64,000 nt of DNA from a bacterium (lineage in GTDB: Bacteria; RBG-13-61-14; DATKZS01), in assembly GCA_963674965.2 (NCBI GenBank), contig CAXXFL010000007.1, positions 384,001 to 448,000 on the forward strand, in the 5' to 3' direction. This document shows, piece by piece, positions 48,634-59,200 of the stretch (the stretch's first letter is position 1; each line of letters begins with the position of its first letter). The position numbers were made by a program, and so were the translations under genes. The notes under the pieces were generated by a model. The model saw only the letters and a list, made by a program, of their open reading frames with translations. It was not told where the DNA came from and did no database searches.

Positions 48634-48900
48634 GGCTTCCTCCCCGGTTACCATTTAAATCTAGCGCGTCGTCTTGGAGAGTGGCGGTTGGGGGCGCGGG
48701 GCCCTGATCCAAACCGCCTATTATGTTATGCGTGCCCGCTTGTCAATCGTGCTCCGGATGGCCGGCCGAACTCGCTTCGTCCTTTTTGTTGGCTACTCCT
48801 TTTCGGTCGGGAGAAAAGTGCCCTTTTCCATACTGATATTAGACGAGAGGGCCCATGAAAGTCAAGAAAAAAAAGGCTTTTCTGGACGCGCCCAGACGAC

Positions 48901-48925
48901 AAAGCCCCGGCGGGACCGGGGCTTT
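48901..48925 (-). terminator. Terminator after cysS
   Basis: AAAGCCCCGG-CGGGA-CCGGGGCTTT perfect stem, 30 nt after the cysS stop. Confidence 0.7.
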
Positions 48926-48955
48926 GGCTAAGACGTCCTGGCCTTAAACTGGTCT

Positions 48956-50413
48956 CTAAATATCCACTCTCCAGTCGGTCCCTCCCGGCTTGTCCTCGAG
49001 GACCACGCCCATGGCGAGGAGCTCGTCGCGGATGGCGTCGGAGCGGGCGAAGTCTTTTTCCTCCCTGGCCTTGGCGCGCTCGCGGATTTTATCCTCGACC
49101 ATGTTGGGGTCGATCTTTTTAAGGGCGGCCCGCAGGTCGCGGAGGCGGGTGAGGAACTTCCCGGGCTCGGCCTGGAAGAGGCCGAGGACCAGGCCGAGGC
49201 GTCGAAGCTCGGCGGCGGCTTTTTTGGCCAGGGCCACGGCGGGTTTTTTCCTGGCCAGCTTCTTGGTGGCCAGTAGCTGATTGAAAAGATGGAGGAAATC
49301 GAAGAAGGAGGCCATGGCCTTGGCGGTGTTGAAGTCGTCGTCCATGGCCTCGCGGAACTTTGTCTCGAGGCCCTCGAGTTCCTTGGCCAGGGGGAGGTCG
49401 GTCGCGGGGGCCTCGTCGGTTTCAGGGAGGGCGTCGGCCTGGGCCAGGGTCTGGTAGAACCTCTCGAGGTTCCGCTCGGCGGTCCGGACTCCCTGGTCGG
49501 TGAAATCGAGGGGGGAGTGGTAGTGGACGCCGTAGAGGAAGAACTTGACGGCCTCGGGGTCGTAGGTCTTGTAAAGCTCCTTGAGGGGGATGAAATTCCC
49601 CAGGGACTTGGATATCTTGACGCCGTCCTTGGTGACGTGGCCGTTGTGGACCCAGTACCGGGCCATGGGCTTGTCGTTGGCGGCCTCGGACTGGGCTATC
49701 TCGTTCTCGTGGTGGGGGAAGATAAGGTCGCGGCCGCCGCCGTGGACGTCAAAGGTCTCGCCCAGGTACTTGCTGCTCATGACCGAGCACTCGATGTGCC
49801 AGCCGGGCCGTCCGCTGCCCCACGGGCTGTCCCAGGATGGCTCGCCGGGCTTGGCGGCCTTCCACAGGGCGAAATCCAGGTCGCTTTTCTTGTGGGGGTC
49901 GTGGTCCACGCGGGCCACGTTTTCCATGTCCTCCCGGTCTCGGCCCGAGAGCTTTCCGTAGCCCGCGAATTTATCCACCGCGAAGTACACGCTGCCCGCC
50001 GCCTCGTAGGCGATCCCCTTATCGACCAGGGTCTTCACCATGGCGATAATGTCCGGGATGTGGTCGCTCACCTTGGGCTTGTGGGTGGGCTCGAGAAGGC
50101 CCAGCTTCTCGATGTCCTCCTCGTACTGGCGAGTGTATTTTTCCGCCACCTCTTTATAGTCCACGCCCTCCTCGTTGGCCCGGCTGATGATCTTGTCGTC
50201 CACGTCGGTATAGTTCCTGACGTAAGTCACGTTATAGCCGGTGAACTCGAAATAACGCCGGATAACGTCGAAGACCACCGCGGCCCGGGCGTGGCCTATG
50301 TGGCCGTCGTCGTAAACCGTGGGACCGCAGGCGTACATTTTAACGTCCTTGTCATCGGCGGGCTGGAAGGTCTCTTTCTTTTTTCCGAGAGTATTGTATA
50401 GCTCGATAGTCAT
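48956..50413 (-). CDS. cysS: Cysteine--tRNA ligase
   Basis: YACGPTVYD..HIGHAR, DFALWK, GRPGWHIECS, HGGG.DL.FPHHENE, KISKS (KMSKS variant), MDDDFNT. Confidence 0.98.
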   Translation of the reverse strand: MTIELYNTLGKKKETFQPADDKDVKMYACGPTVYDDGHIGHARAAVVFDVIRRYFEFTGYNVTYVRNYTDVDDKIISRANEEGVDYKEVAEKYTRQYEEDIEKLGLLEPTHKPKVSDHIPDIIAMVKTLVDKGIAYEAAGSVYFAVDKFAGYGKLSGRDREDMENVARVDHDPHKKSDLDFALWKAAKPGEPSWDSPWGSGRPGWHIECSVMSSKYLGETFDVHGGGRDLIFPHHENEIAQSEAANDKPMARYWVHNGHVTKDGVKISKSLGNFIPLKELYKTYDPEAVKFFLYGVHYHSPLDFTDQGVRTAERNLERFYQTLAQADALPETDEAPATDLPLAKELEGLETKFREAMDDDFNTAKAMASFFDFLHLFNQLLATKKLARKKPAVALAKKAAAELRRLGLVLGLFQAEPGKFLTRLRDLRAALKKIDPNMVEDKIRERAKAREEKDFARSDAIRDELLAMGVVLEDKPGGTDWRVDI

Positions 50414-50484
50414 ATCACACCTCTAATATAGTTTTGGCCGGCGGATATCTTTCTTCCGCCGGGACGGGATCGAAATGTATTGGC

Positions 50485-50967
50485 TTATTCCTTGAAGACC
50501 AGGGCCGAGGCCATGCAGGCTATGCCTTCTCCCCGGCCGGTGAAGCCCATGCCCTCGGTGGTGGTGGCCTTGAGGCTGACCTTGTCCTCATCGACCCCGA
50601 GCGCCTGGGCCATAATACATCGCATCTTGCTTACGTGGGGAGAAATTTTAGGTTTCTCGAGTATCAAGGTGGCGTCGATATTTCCCACCTTGTAACCTTT
50701 TTCAAGCACCATGTCCTTGACGGCCCGGAGAAGCTCGATGCTGTCGGCGTCCTTGTATTTGGGGTCGCCCGGCGGGAAATGGAGGCCAATGTCGCCCAGG
50801 GCCGCCGCGCCGAGCAGGGCGTCGGCCGCGGCGTGGGCCAAAACGTCGGCGTCGGAGTGGCCCTCGAGTCCTTTTTCAAAGGGGATCTCGACCCCGCCGA
50901 GGATGAGCTTTCTTCCCTCGACCAGGCGGTGCGCGTCGATTCCCTGTCCGGTCCTGTATTCCTTCAT
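50485..50967 (-). CDS. ispF: 2-C-methyl-D-erythritol 2,4-cyclodiphosphate synthase
   Basis: [48 protein letters not shown]. Confidence 0.97.
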   Translation of the reverse strand: MKEYRTGQGIDAHRLVEGRKLILGGVEIPFEKGLEGHSDADVLAHAAADALLGAAALGDIGLHFPPGDPKYKDADSIELLRAVKDMVLEKGYKVGNIDATLILEKPKISPHVSKMRCIMAQALGVDEDKVSLKATTTEGMGFTGRGEGIACMASALVFKE

Positions 50968-50971
50968 CGTC

Positions 50972-51676
50972 TTAAAACCGCGAGGGCCTGATGGCGCCGA
51001 CCTTGACCAGGGCCTCGGCCATCAGCCAGTCGGCCGGGGTGGTGAGCTTGAAGTTGAACTCGTCCGCCTCGACCATCTTGACGGGATGGCCTATCCTCTC
51101 GACCAGCACGGCGTCATCCGTGCCGACGAACCCCTCCTCGGCCGCCCTGGCATGGGCCTGGGCAATAAGGTCCCTTTTAAATACCTGGGGCGTCTGTACC
51201 CGCCAGAGGTTCTCCCGCTCCAGGGTCCGGCCCGGGCCGCCGTCCTCGATCCGTATGGTGTCGGCCGGCCTGATTCCCACGCTGACGGCCCCGCATATCC
51301 TTGCCTCCCGAATGGCCTCTCCAATGACCTCGGGCCGAATAAAGGGCCGGGCCGCGTCATGAATCGCGACCAACTCGGCGTCCTCCGGGACCTGGGCCAG
51401 ACATTTTCTTACCGTGTCACGCCGCTCGTCTCCGCCCTCGGCCAGCCGGCATTCTCTTCCCTTCAGCCATATCCTCAATATTTCCGAGGCCTTGTCTTTA
51501 TACTCGGGAGATACTCCAACCACCAGACCCCGTACATCCTTGCAGGCGAGGAGGGCCGAGGCGCTCCAGGCCAGGACGGGCCTGTCCACCAGCAGCCTGA
51601 ACTGCTTGGGCCCGGGGCCGGGCATTCTCTTGCCCGCGCCCGCCGCCGGTATGATGACGTATACGCCGGAAGGCAT
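50972..51676 (-). CDS. ispD: 2-C-methyl-D-erythritol 4-phosphate cytidylyltransferase
   Basis: [11 protein letters not shown]...[38 protein letters not shown]. Start set at ATG 51676. Confidence 0.96.
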   Translation of the reverse strand: MPSGVYVIIPAAGAGKRMPGPGPKQFRLLVDRPVLAWSASALLACKDVRGLVVGVSPEYKDKASEILRIWLKGRECRLAEGGDERRDTVRKCLAQVPEDAELVAIHDAARPFIRPEVIGEAIREARICGAVSVGIRPADTIRIEDGGPGRTLERENLWRVQTPQVFKRDLIAQAHARAAEEGFVGTDDAVLVERIGHPVKMVEADEFNFKLTTPADWLMAEALVKVGAIRPSRF

Positions 51677-51683
51677 ATTTCCA

Positions 51684-51712
51684 AGATTACAATGATAGCC
51701 GGCCCATTGCAA
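51684..51712 (-). promoter_or_regulatory. Sigma-70-type promoter, probably leaderless ispD
   Basis: Minus strand TTGCAA-N17-TAATCT, 7 nt before the ATG; no SD. Confidence 0.5.
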
Positions 51713-51738
51713 GAAATGGCCGTTTTTTCGGGTTTTTA

Positions 51739-51768
51739 TTGACATGAATGGCGCCGTCCGGCTACAAT
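51739..51768 (+). promoter_or_regulatory. Sigma-70-type promoter
   Basis: TTGACA-N18-TACAAT upstream of 51808. Confidence 0.55.
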
Positions 51769-51807
51769 CTTGGAAGGTTTGAACGCTAAAGTCTCGAAGA
51801 GGTTGCC

Positions 51808-52755
51808 ATGTACAAGGTTGTGTTAAAAGGTTTGATGGACAACTCGGCCCTGGGCCGCGAAATCTTTCTCGAGAAGTTCGCCAAGGCTTACAAGATAAAC
51901 AAGGCCGAGGCTGAGGAATTCATCGACGGCCGGGGCGGGGTCATCTACGAGTATGACGACAAGTCCCAGGCCGAGAGGGGTCTGGCCTTTATCGAGAAGA
52001 TCGGGGGCTTCGGGGAGATCATCGAGGAAACGGCGGAGACGGTCCCCTATAGCCCCGAGTCGTCCCCCGCTCCCCGGGTAGTGGAGGAACCGGCGGCCCC
52101 CGCCAAACCAGTACGGACCGACCTGGCGGCCCCCGAGCCGGTACCGGGTCAGGACACGGGTACTCGCCCCTGTCCCAAGTGCGGTTATCCGGTGGCGGCC
52201 GGGGAGGACGAGTGTCCGAGCTGCCAGATATTCATCAGCAAGTACGAGACCATGATGAAAAAAAAGGCGGCCCTGCAAGCTCAGTCGAGCCCATCCTTCC
52301 AGGCCCCCGCCGCGGGCGGCGCCGCGGCCGCCGGATGGGCGGGTTACCAGACCCCGGGCCAGTTGCCCAGTTGGGACCCGGTCTCGGGATCGGCCGCCGC
52401 TCCCACGGGGGCGCCCCTTCCAACGCCCGGCCAGTACCAGTATCCTCAGCCCCCTTACGCCGGCCAGTATCAGCAGGCCCCGGGTTTCGACTCCAGGCCG
52501 ACCCTGCCCCAGGCCAAGAACGCCCTTATCATGGCCATAGTGAGTTTCTTCTGCTTCGGCATCATACTGGGACCTCTGAGCATCTACCTGGGCTACTCGG
52601 CCAACGAAACCTTGAAGATGCACCCGGAATACAAGGGAAGCGGATTGGCCATCGCCGCCATGCTGACGGGGACCGCGTCCCTTTTGATAAACCTCCTTAG
52701 CATGGGCCTTTATTGCGGTACCATCGGCGAGATGATGAGGACCATGCCCCAATGA
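51808..52755 (+). CDS. Zinc-ribbon / Pro-rich linker / DUF4190-like membrane protein
   Basis: CPKCG...ECPSCQ, Pro/Gln/Tyr-rich linker, AKNALIMAIVSFFCFGIILGPLSIYLG...G.GLAIAA. Confidence 0.8.
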   Translation: MYKVVLKGLMDNSALGREIFLEKFAKAYKINKAEAEEFIDGRGGVIYEYDDKSQAERGLAFIEKIGGFGEIIEETAETVPYSPESSPAPRVVEEPAAPAKPVRTDLAAPEPVPGQDTGTRPCPKCGYPVAAGEDECPSCQIFISKYETMMKKKAALQAQSSPSFQAPAAGGAAAAGWAGYQTPGQLPSWDPVSGSAAAPTGAPLPTPGQYQYPQPPYAGQYQQAPGFDSRPTLPQAKNALIMAIVSFFCFGIILGPLSIYLGYSANETLKMHPEYKGSGLAIAAMLTGTASLLINLLSMGLYCGTIGEMMRTMPQ

Positions 52756-53026
52756 GACGGGTGCGGTTCCAAGCCTCTCGGGGCGAATAAATTAATCGCT
52801 ATCTTAAGCATGCCTCTACATTGCAAGAAGCGAAACAAGTCTGGAAGTCTCCGGAATTTGGAAAGCTCCGAAAAAAACATGAGTGACTATATGGTCCAAT
52901 CGGAAAATTATCCGCCGGGGATGGCGATATCGGCGGCCGATCGAATGCCGAGCTTTTCACGCGTCGGGTTTAATACTATGATTTTTATCTCAGTCTTATG
53001 CCCGGTAAAATCGTTGAACGAAGGTC

Positions 53027-55765
53027 ATGAGTGAACGAACTCGAGATTTGATAGCGCGCTGGTTCGACGCCGACAGGCGGCTGATCTTTCTGGCCTGGCT
53101 GATGACGTCGGCGGTTTTCTACATTCCATTTTTACTTGGCGATTTTCCCTTCCACGGCGTAAGGGGCGAGATGCTCATGCAGTGGTTGCCCTTCCGTTTC
53201 TTCATGCTCGAGTGCTATGGGGAGGGCGTCTTCCCGCTCTGGAACCCCTACGTTTTCGGCGGCATGCCCTTCTGGGGCTACAGCCACACCATGAGCGCGT
53301 ATCCATTGATGATGACGTCGCTGCTTCCACCCACGCTTTGGGGAGTGACCTTCTTTTACCTGGCCCACGTCTTCATCGGCTGTTGGGGTTCTTATAGGCT
53401 ACCGCGACTTCTGGGTTCCGATCGGCCGCTGTCATTCCTCGGAGTGTTTCTGCTCATCGGCTCAAGCCTCGTCATGATGCCGATAACCAGGGAATTCTAT
53501 ATATCCCTGGCCTTCATGGTCTGGCTGGCGCCGCTCATCTACCTCGCCATAATGGCGGCCGAGAAACGCTCGCGCGCGTGGTTCGCCGCCCTGACCCTGG
53601 CCCTTTCCATGCAACTGATGACCGGCGAGATCGAGGGCATCTTTTTCAATCTCGGCTTTACCATGGCCTTTCTGGTTATCGTCAGGCCGGGTTTCAAGGA
53701 AATATTCAAAGAATGGCGCTGGCTCATATTGGCCGCCGCTTTTGGCTGCGCGGTCTTGATCTCCGCGGCCATGTGGTTCCCGCTCGCCGAGTATATGCCC
53801 CACAACGTCCGCAACCATGGAGTGACCTTCGAGCTCTTCGAGGAAATGGATAAAAGCGTGCGCACGTCTCTCGAAAATTTGCCAAATCCATTATTGGCGG
53901 CCGTGGTTTTCTTTTTGCCCTCGTCGCCGCTTAGATGGTACATGGTATTCTTCATCGGCTACTACTTTTTCAAAACGCGCGACCGCTCGGCATGGGTCCT
54001 TTTGGGCGTAGTATTGATGACCATAACTTATTGCGCGCGGGTGATCGAGCCGATGGAACGTATTGTCTACCACGTGCCCATTTTAAACATGTTCCTCAAA
54101 CGCGGACAGGGCGTGGACGGCTCGGTGTTCATGCTCCATCTGATGGCGCTTTGGGGAATGCGCGAATTCATCGCCTCGGGATTTTGCGGACGCGACCGAA
54201 TGGCCTTCAGGATCATGGTCCTGATCGGCCTGGCCGGCTCGGCCGGAGCTTTCGTGATTCCCCTGATCGTTGCCCCGAACGTCCGCGGGGGCTTGCAGGG
54301 GACCTGGCCGGCGATAGGCTACGTCGCGCTTGTCGTGATGGCTTTTTATCCGGGACAAAGGGTTACGGGTGAAAAGTGGGCGCGGGTCGCGGTAACGACG
54401 TTGATTCTCGCGGTAAGTTACATGGGCCTGCTGTTTTCCATTGAACGACGCGACGCCGACTACATGCATTCCGAGCCATTCAAGGCCGCCGCCCTCAAGA
54501 TGGACCGCTCGTCCCGATACCTGATCGCGTCAACGTTTAATATTGGCAATTACGAGGTCTTATACACCCAGCAGAGCATGATCGAGAGAAGGCCGGAGGT
54601 GTTCGGCTGGAACCGGGTGCCGCCGCGCGGGTACATGGAGTTGCTCCAGTTGATCGACCCGGCCATCGTCAAGTTCGAGGACGGCAAGCTCGCCGGATGG
54701 GACTTTGTGTTCTATCATCCCAACGGCTCGCTGCTGCGGTCGGATTCTCTCGCCCTGCCCGACCTGCTGGGAATAAAATACGCGTTCAACCGCAACGTGC
54801 CCATCCGTCACGCCTCGCCGACTTACCTGGGCTGGTTGCTTGGGCCAGGTCAGGCGAAAAAACGGGGTGCCTTCGAAAGGTGGCGCGACGTCTTCATTGG
54901 AAATGAAGCCCTCGTCTTTGAATTCCCCGCCGCCAATTCCCAGTCGCTCAAGTTCAAGGTCGCCTGGGACAAGGTCGAGCGCTCCGGCCGGGAAATCCCC
55001 TGCAAGCTGCGGATCGAGTCCGACGGCGCCAAGTTGCTGGAAAGGACTATTCCAATCGACGCGGCGGAAGGCGGCCCTGGAGAATCCGCTAGGATTGACC
55101 GCGCTCTTCCTCCCGCCACGAAAGATCATCGATCATTGTCCATCAAGTTGACGATTCCACCGGATATATCCATCGAGGGCTTGCGGCTCGCCGACGCCTA
55201 TATCGAGGACCCCTTGGCTCCGCTCCAGTCAATCCATCAGGACCCTCTATTCGACCTCTACGAAAACGGGGAATCCTTTCCCCTCCAGTTCATGACTCAC
55301 GCGGTCGAGTTCGCGGGCGACAAGGAGGAGGCGATGACCTGGCTCGGCAAGGCCTCCCGCGATCGCCTGCGAACCGCGGCGCTGCTAGTAAAAAGTCCCC
55401 TCACAATGACGCTCGCGCCCGATTCGGCGTATCCGGTCCCCTTGTCGGTCTATAAACAAGACCGCGTTATCGAGAAAAAGTCCTTGCCGGGCGTGAAGTC
55501 CTACTCGGCCGATGTAAAAGCGCCGGGCATCTTGATCGTCACCCAAAACCGACTGCCGGGATGGACGGCCCGGGTGGACGGACGGGAAAGCGCGATCATC
55601 CCCGCCGACTGGGCCTTTATGGGACTGCCCCTGGCCGAGGGTAAGCATGAAATCGAGTTGATATATAGGCCCGTCGGCTTCCGCGTCGGCCTCTGGACGA
55701 CCCTCGCCGCTGCCCTCTCTTTTGCCTTGTTTTGCCTTTTCGCGAAATTGTCGTCGAATACTTAA
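53027..55765 (+). CDS. YfhO-family multi-pass membrane protein (putative GT-C glycosyltransferase)
   Basis: G.FPLWNPY.FGGMPF, many TMs, C-terminal PGWTARVDG...I.PAD.AFMGLPL..GKHEIEL.YRP..F..GL. Confidence 0.85.
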   Translation: MSERTRDLIARWFDADRRLIFLAWLMTSAVFYIPFLLGDFPFHGVRGEMLMQWLPFRFFMLECYGEGVFPLWNPYVFGGMPFWGYSHTMSAYPLMMTSLLPPTLWGVTFFYLAHVFIGCWGSYRLPRLLGSDRPLSFLGVFLLIGSSLVMMPITREFYISLAFMVWLAPLIYLAIMAAEKRSRAWFAALTLALSMQLMTGEIEGIFFNLGFTMAFLVIVRPGFKEIFKEWRWLILAAAFGCAVLISAAMWFPLAEYMPHNVRNHGVTFELFEEMDKSVRTSLENLPNPLLAAVVFFLPSSPLRWYMVFFIGYYFFKTRDRSAWVLLGVVLMTITYCARVIEPMERIVYHVPILNMFLKRGQGVDGSVFMLHLMALWGMREFIASGFCGRDRMAFRIMVLIGLAGSAGAFVIPLIVAPNVRGGLQGTWPAIGYVALVVMAFYPGQRVTGEKWARVAVTTLILAVSYMGLLFSIERRDADYMHSEPFKAAALKMDRSSRYLIASTFNIGNYEVLYTQQSMIERRPEVFGWNRVPPRGYMELLQLIDPAIVKFEDGKLAGWDFVFYHPNGSLLRSDSLALPDLLGIKYAFNRNVPIRHASPTYLGWLLGPGQAKKRGAFERWRDVFIGNEALVFEFPAANSQSLKFKVAWDKVERSGREIPCKLRIESDGAKLLERTIPIDAAEGGPGESARIDRALPPATKDHRSLSIKLTIPPDISIEGLRLADAYIEDPLAPLQSIHQDPLFDLYENGESFPLQFMTHAVEFAGDKEEAMTWLGKASRDRLRTAALLVKSPLTMTLAPDSAYPVPLSVYKQDRVIEKKSLPGVKSYSADVKAPGILIVTQNRLPGWTARVDGRESAIIPADWAFMGLPLAEGKHEIELIYRPVGFRVGLWTTLAAALSFALFCLFAKLSSNT

Positions 55766-55844
55766 GCTATGCGCCGCAGGGCGATATAAAGTTCCACGTG
55801 GAAGACAAGGGACCGGATATAACGAAGATGAAACGAACCGCGAG

Positions 55845-56284
55845 GCCCCCAAAGTCTCGCTTGGGCGGCAAAGCCGCGGGCTGAATACTTACGCTTGTCG
55901 GCCCGCCCGGTTTCGCGGGGTGACCCGGATAGCTTCGCTATCTGGGCGCCAAAGGCGCGGGAAAGAATCGGCGGTCCGCCGGAAGTGGGCCGCGAATACT
56001 CCGGGCGCGTGTATGAATATCCAACGGCTTTCGCGGTGGCCCGGATAGCTCCGCTATCTGGGCGCCGAAGGCGCGGGAAAGGGGGCTATGGTCCGCCGGG
56101 CGCTTACATAAGAATCCAACGGCTTTCGCCGCGCGGATAGGCGAGCTATCCGCGCCACCCACGGTTTCATGGTTTCAGGGTCCCCCTCAGCCGTAGGGTC
56201 CCCCACGCATATTGCGTGGGCGGCGAAGCCGCGGGCTGAACGCTTACCCTTCCAAAGGACTTACTCTTCCCCCCCCTTGCCCCG
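55845..56284. repeat. Composite REP/BIME-like array, copy 2
   Basis: Same units as copy 1, at about 55920, 56036, 56132 and 56193, plus a degenerate GGGCGGCAAAGCCGCGGGCTGAA at 55863. Confidence 0.85.
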
Positions 56285-59200
56285 TCAATACCCTTCTATC
56301 GTCACCGCCGGCGCTTTCTCGATTTCCGGACAATACCTCCCCTTCCCCGACTGGTCGCCGCAGGGCGGGAGAGTCGCGTTGAGGTAGATCATGCCGGGGG
56401 CATCGACCCGGACGACGATGGACGAGAGGCCGCCCGAGGCCATGGCGCCGGAGACGTCGTAACGGCCCGTCCCGCTCGGGCCCTCGCCGCCGAGGAGGGT
56501 GGCCGAGCCGGTCGATAACGGGTCGATCTCGAAGACCACGCCGAAGGAGGACGAGTAGCCGATGGCCGAGGAGTTGAAAACGCTCACGGTCACCCGCGTG
56601 GTCGCGCCCTCCGCCACGCTACGCGAGGTGGCGCCGTCCACCACCAGGTCGGTGGGTATGGTGGGGTTCGCGGCCGTGTCGTTACCGCTTATCATGGCCT
56701 GTATCACGGAGAGGTCCAGGGGCGAGACTCCCGCCGGGTCGCCCATCATGCGCTGGCTGTCGCCGTTGGGGGGCAACACTCCCAAGTAGGACGCGTCGTT
56801 GCCGATGATCCGGTTCTTCAGCGCCGTCATGTCAAGAGGAGACACCAATCCGTCGGCCGACACGGTATTCCCCGCGTCGCCCCAGCTAAAACATGACGCC
56901 CCGCCCGTCACGTCCATCTCCCATATATCAGTCCCATTATAGTACTCGTGCGCGTTCTCGATCCCGTCCCCGTCAAAGTCCGCTCCCAACCCGTCGCCCG
57001 CCGACAGCGGGTCCAGCCCCGTATCCCCATGCCCCACCGAGTTGTCAGCCTCGAACCCGTCCGGCAAGCCGTCGCCGTCCGAGTCCCAATGACAAGGATC
57101 AGTGGTAACAATGTACTCATCGTAATTGTCCAGACCGTCCCCGTCGGGGTCGGCCCAGTCGTCCACCGTGTCGGCCAAGAGGCAGGAGAAAGTTAATTCC
57201 CACGCGTCGGGCATGCCGTCGCCGTCGGAGTCGGGCAAAACGTCATCGCCCGGGTTAAGAGGATCACGATTGTTGACCACCTCGCTCCCGTCGCTCTCGC
57301 CGCCCCCGTCGGTGTCGGGGTCGCACGGGTCGAGGTCAAAGAAATATTCCTCCAGGTTAGAAAGCCCCTCGGCGTCGGAGTCGCCCGATCCGTCGGGGAC
57401 CCAAGGGTCAAGACAGCCGTGAAGCAGTTCCCAAAAATTCGCCACGCCGTCGCCGTCGCTATCGCTGCCGTTGACGTCGATGATCTGGAGGCCACCCAGG
57501 CCGTCGGCCACGAAGGCGTAATTTCCCGATACGTGCACGGCCCGGGCCGAGTCCGGCGTGTCGATCGCGGCCAAAAGTTTCGGGTCCTCGGGATTGGAGT
57601 TGTTAAGCACGAGCAGTCCGGAGTCGGCGTCGGCGATGAAAACGTAATTGCCCTGGATGAAGACGCCCAGCGCGAACCCCGGCGTGTCGTAACTCTTCAC
57701 AAAAAATGGGCTCGCCGGGTTCGAGACGTTTACCGCGTAGAGGCCATAATCGTCGGCGGCCACGTAGGCGAGGTTTCCGACGACCTTCACGTCGTGGGAG
57801 TATCCTCCCGCGTTGTATACGCCGGCCAAAGCCGGGCTTGCCGGATTGGACGCGTCAATAATAAGAAGCCCCGAGGCTTCGTCGACCACGTAGGCGTGGT
57901 TTCCCATGACGACCCCCCCCTGGGCGTAGCCGGTAGTGTCGTACGTTCCGACGAGGACGGGATTCGCCGGGTTGGACGCGTCGATTATTTGAAGACCGGC
58001 CTCGTAATCCGCCACGAAGGCCAAATGGCCCGCCACGTGAACGTCCATGGCCCAGCCGGGCGTGTTGCAAGCCCCCACCAGGATCGGACTGGCCGGGTTG
58101 GACACGTCCAGCACCTGTAGGCCGAGGCCGCCGTCGGCCACGTAGGCGTAATGTCCGGAGACGTAGGCGGCCAGGGCGTAACCCGGCGTGTCATAGGAGC
58201 CGAGAAGCGTCGGGGCCTCGGGATCGGACGCGTCGATGATGAGAAGGCCTCCGCCGCCATTGGCCAAGTAGGCAAGGTTATTAACCACGTGAACGTCATG
58301 AGCGTATCCGAGGCCGGCGTAGGAACCGACGAGAGCGGGCTTAAGTTCCATCGCGTCGCCCGGTCCGAGACAGTCGGGGTCCGCCGGATAATCGATCAGT
58401 CTGTCAAGGTCGTCGTCAAGGCCGTTATCGCAAACGTCGTTTCCTTTCTCATCGCCGTCGCCGGGATTGTCGCAACCGGGATCAAGGGCGTCGATGGCGC
58501 CGTCCCCGTCGTCATCGACGCCGTTGTCGCAAATGGCCGAGCTCGTCTCTGTATCGTCGGTATAGCCGTCGCAGCCGGGATCGAGAAGGTCGATGAAGGA
58601 ATCGGAGTCGTTGTCCACCCCGTCGCTGCAAGCGGTGGTCGAGCAGGGGTCCAAGTCGTTCAGGTACTCCTCGAGGTTATTGAGCGCGTCGCCGTCGGGA
58701 TTGGCGTCCGCGTCAACGGTGTTGGCCATAACGCAAGAATAGGTGTCCTCCCAATAGTCGGGCATGCCGTCCAGGTCTCGGTCGTCGTCCGTCGGGTTTA
58801 AGGGGTCGCGTCCCCCGGCCACCTCGGCCCCGTCGCTTTCTCCTCCTCCGTCGGTGTCGGGGTCGCAAGGATCGGTATATATATTGAACTCCTCGAGGTT
58901 GTTCAAACAGTCGGCGTCGTAGTCGGAAGCGGCGTCCACCGTGTCGGCCATCATGCAGGCATGGGCGTTCTCCCATGCGTTGGCGATCCCGTCTCCATCG
59001 TCGTCCGCGGAATCGGAGAGTATCACCCGAAGTCCGTAGATGCTCGCTAAGTACACGAAGCCGTCTGAATAGTCGAGGGCATAATTATTATCATAGGCCG
59101 GCGTCTCGTAGGAACCTATATACAACGGATTGGCCGGGTTGGAAACGTCGACGATCTGGAGGCCCGTCAGGCGGTCCGCCACGTAGGCGACGCCATCGGA

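Noticed and set aside
41263-57230. Diversity-generating retroelement (near-identical 3' gene ends as TR/VR)
   Set aside because: No reverse transcriptase is present, the differences are mostly synonymous and not adenine-specific, and both copies are intact coding ends.
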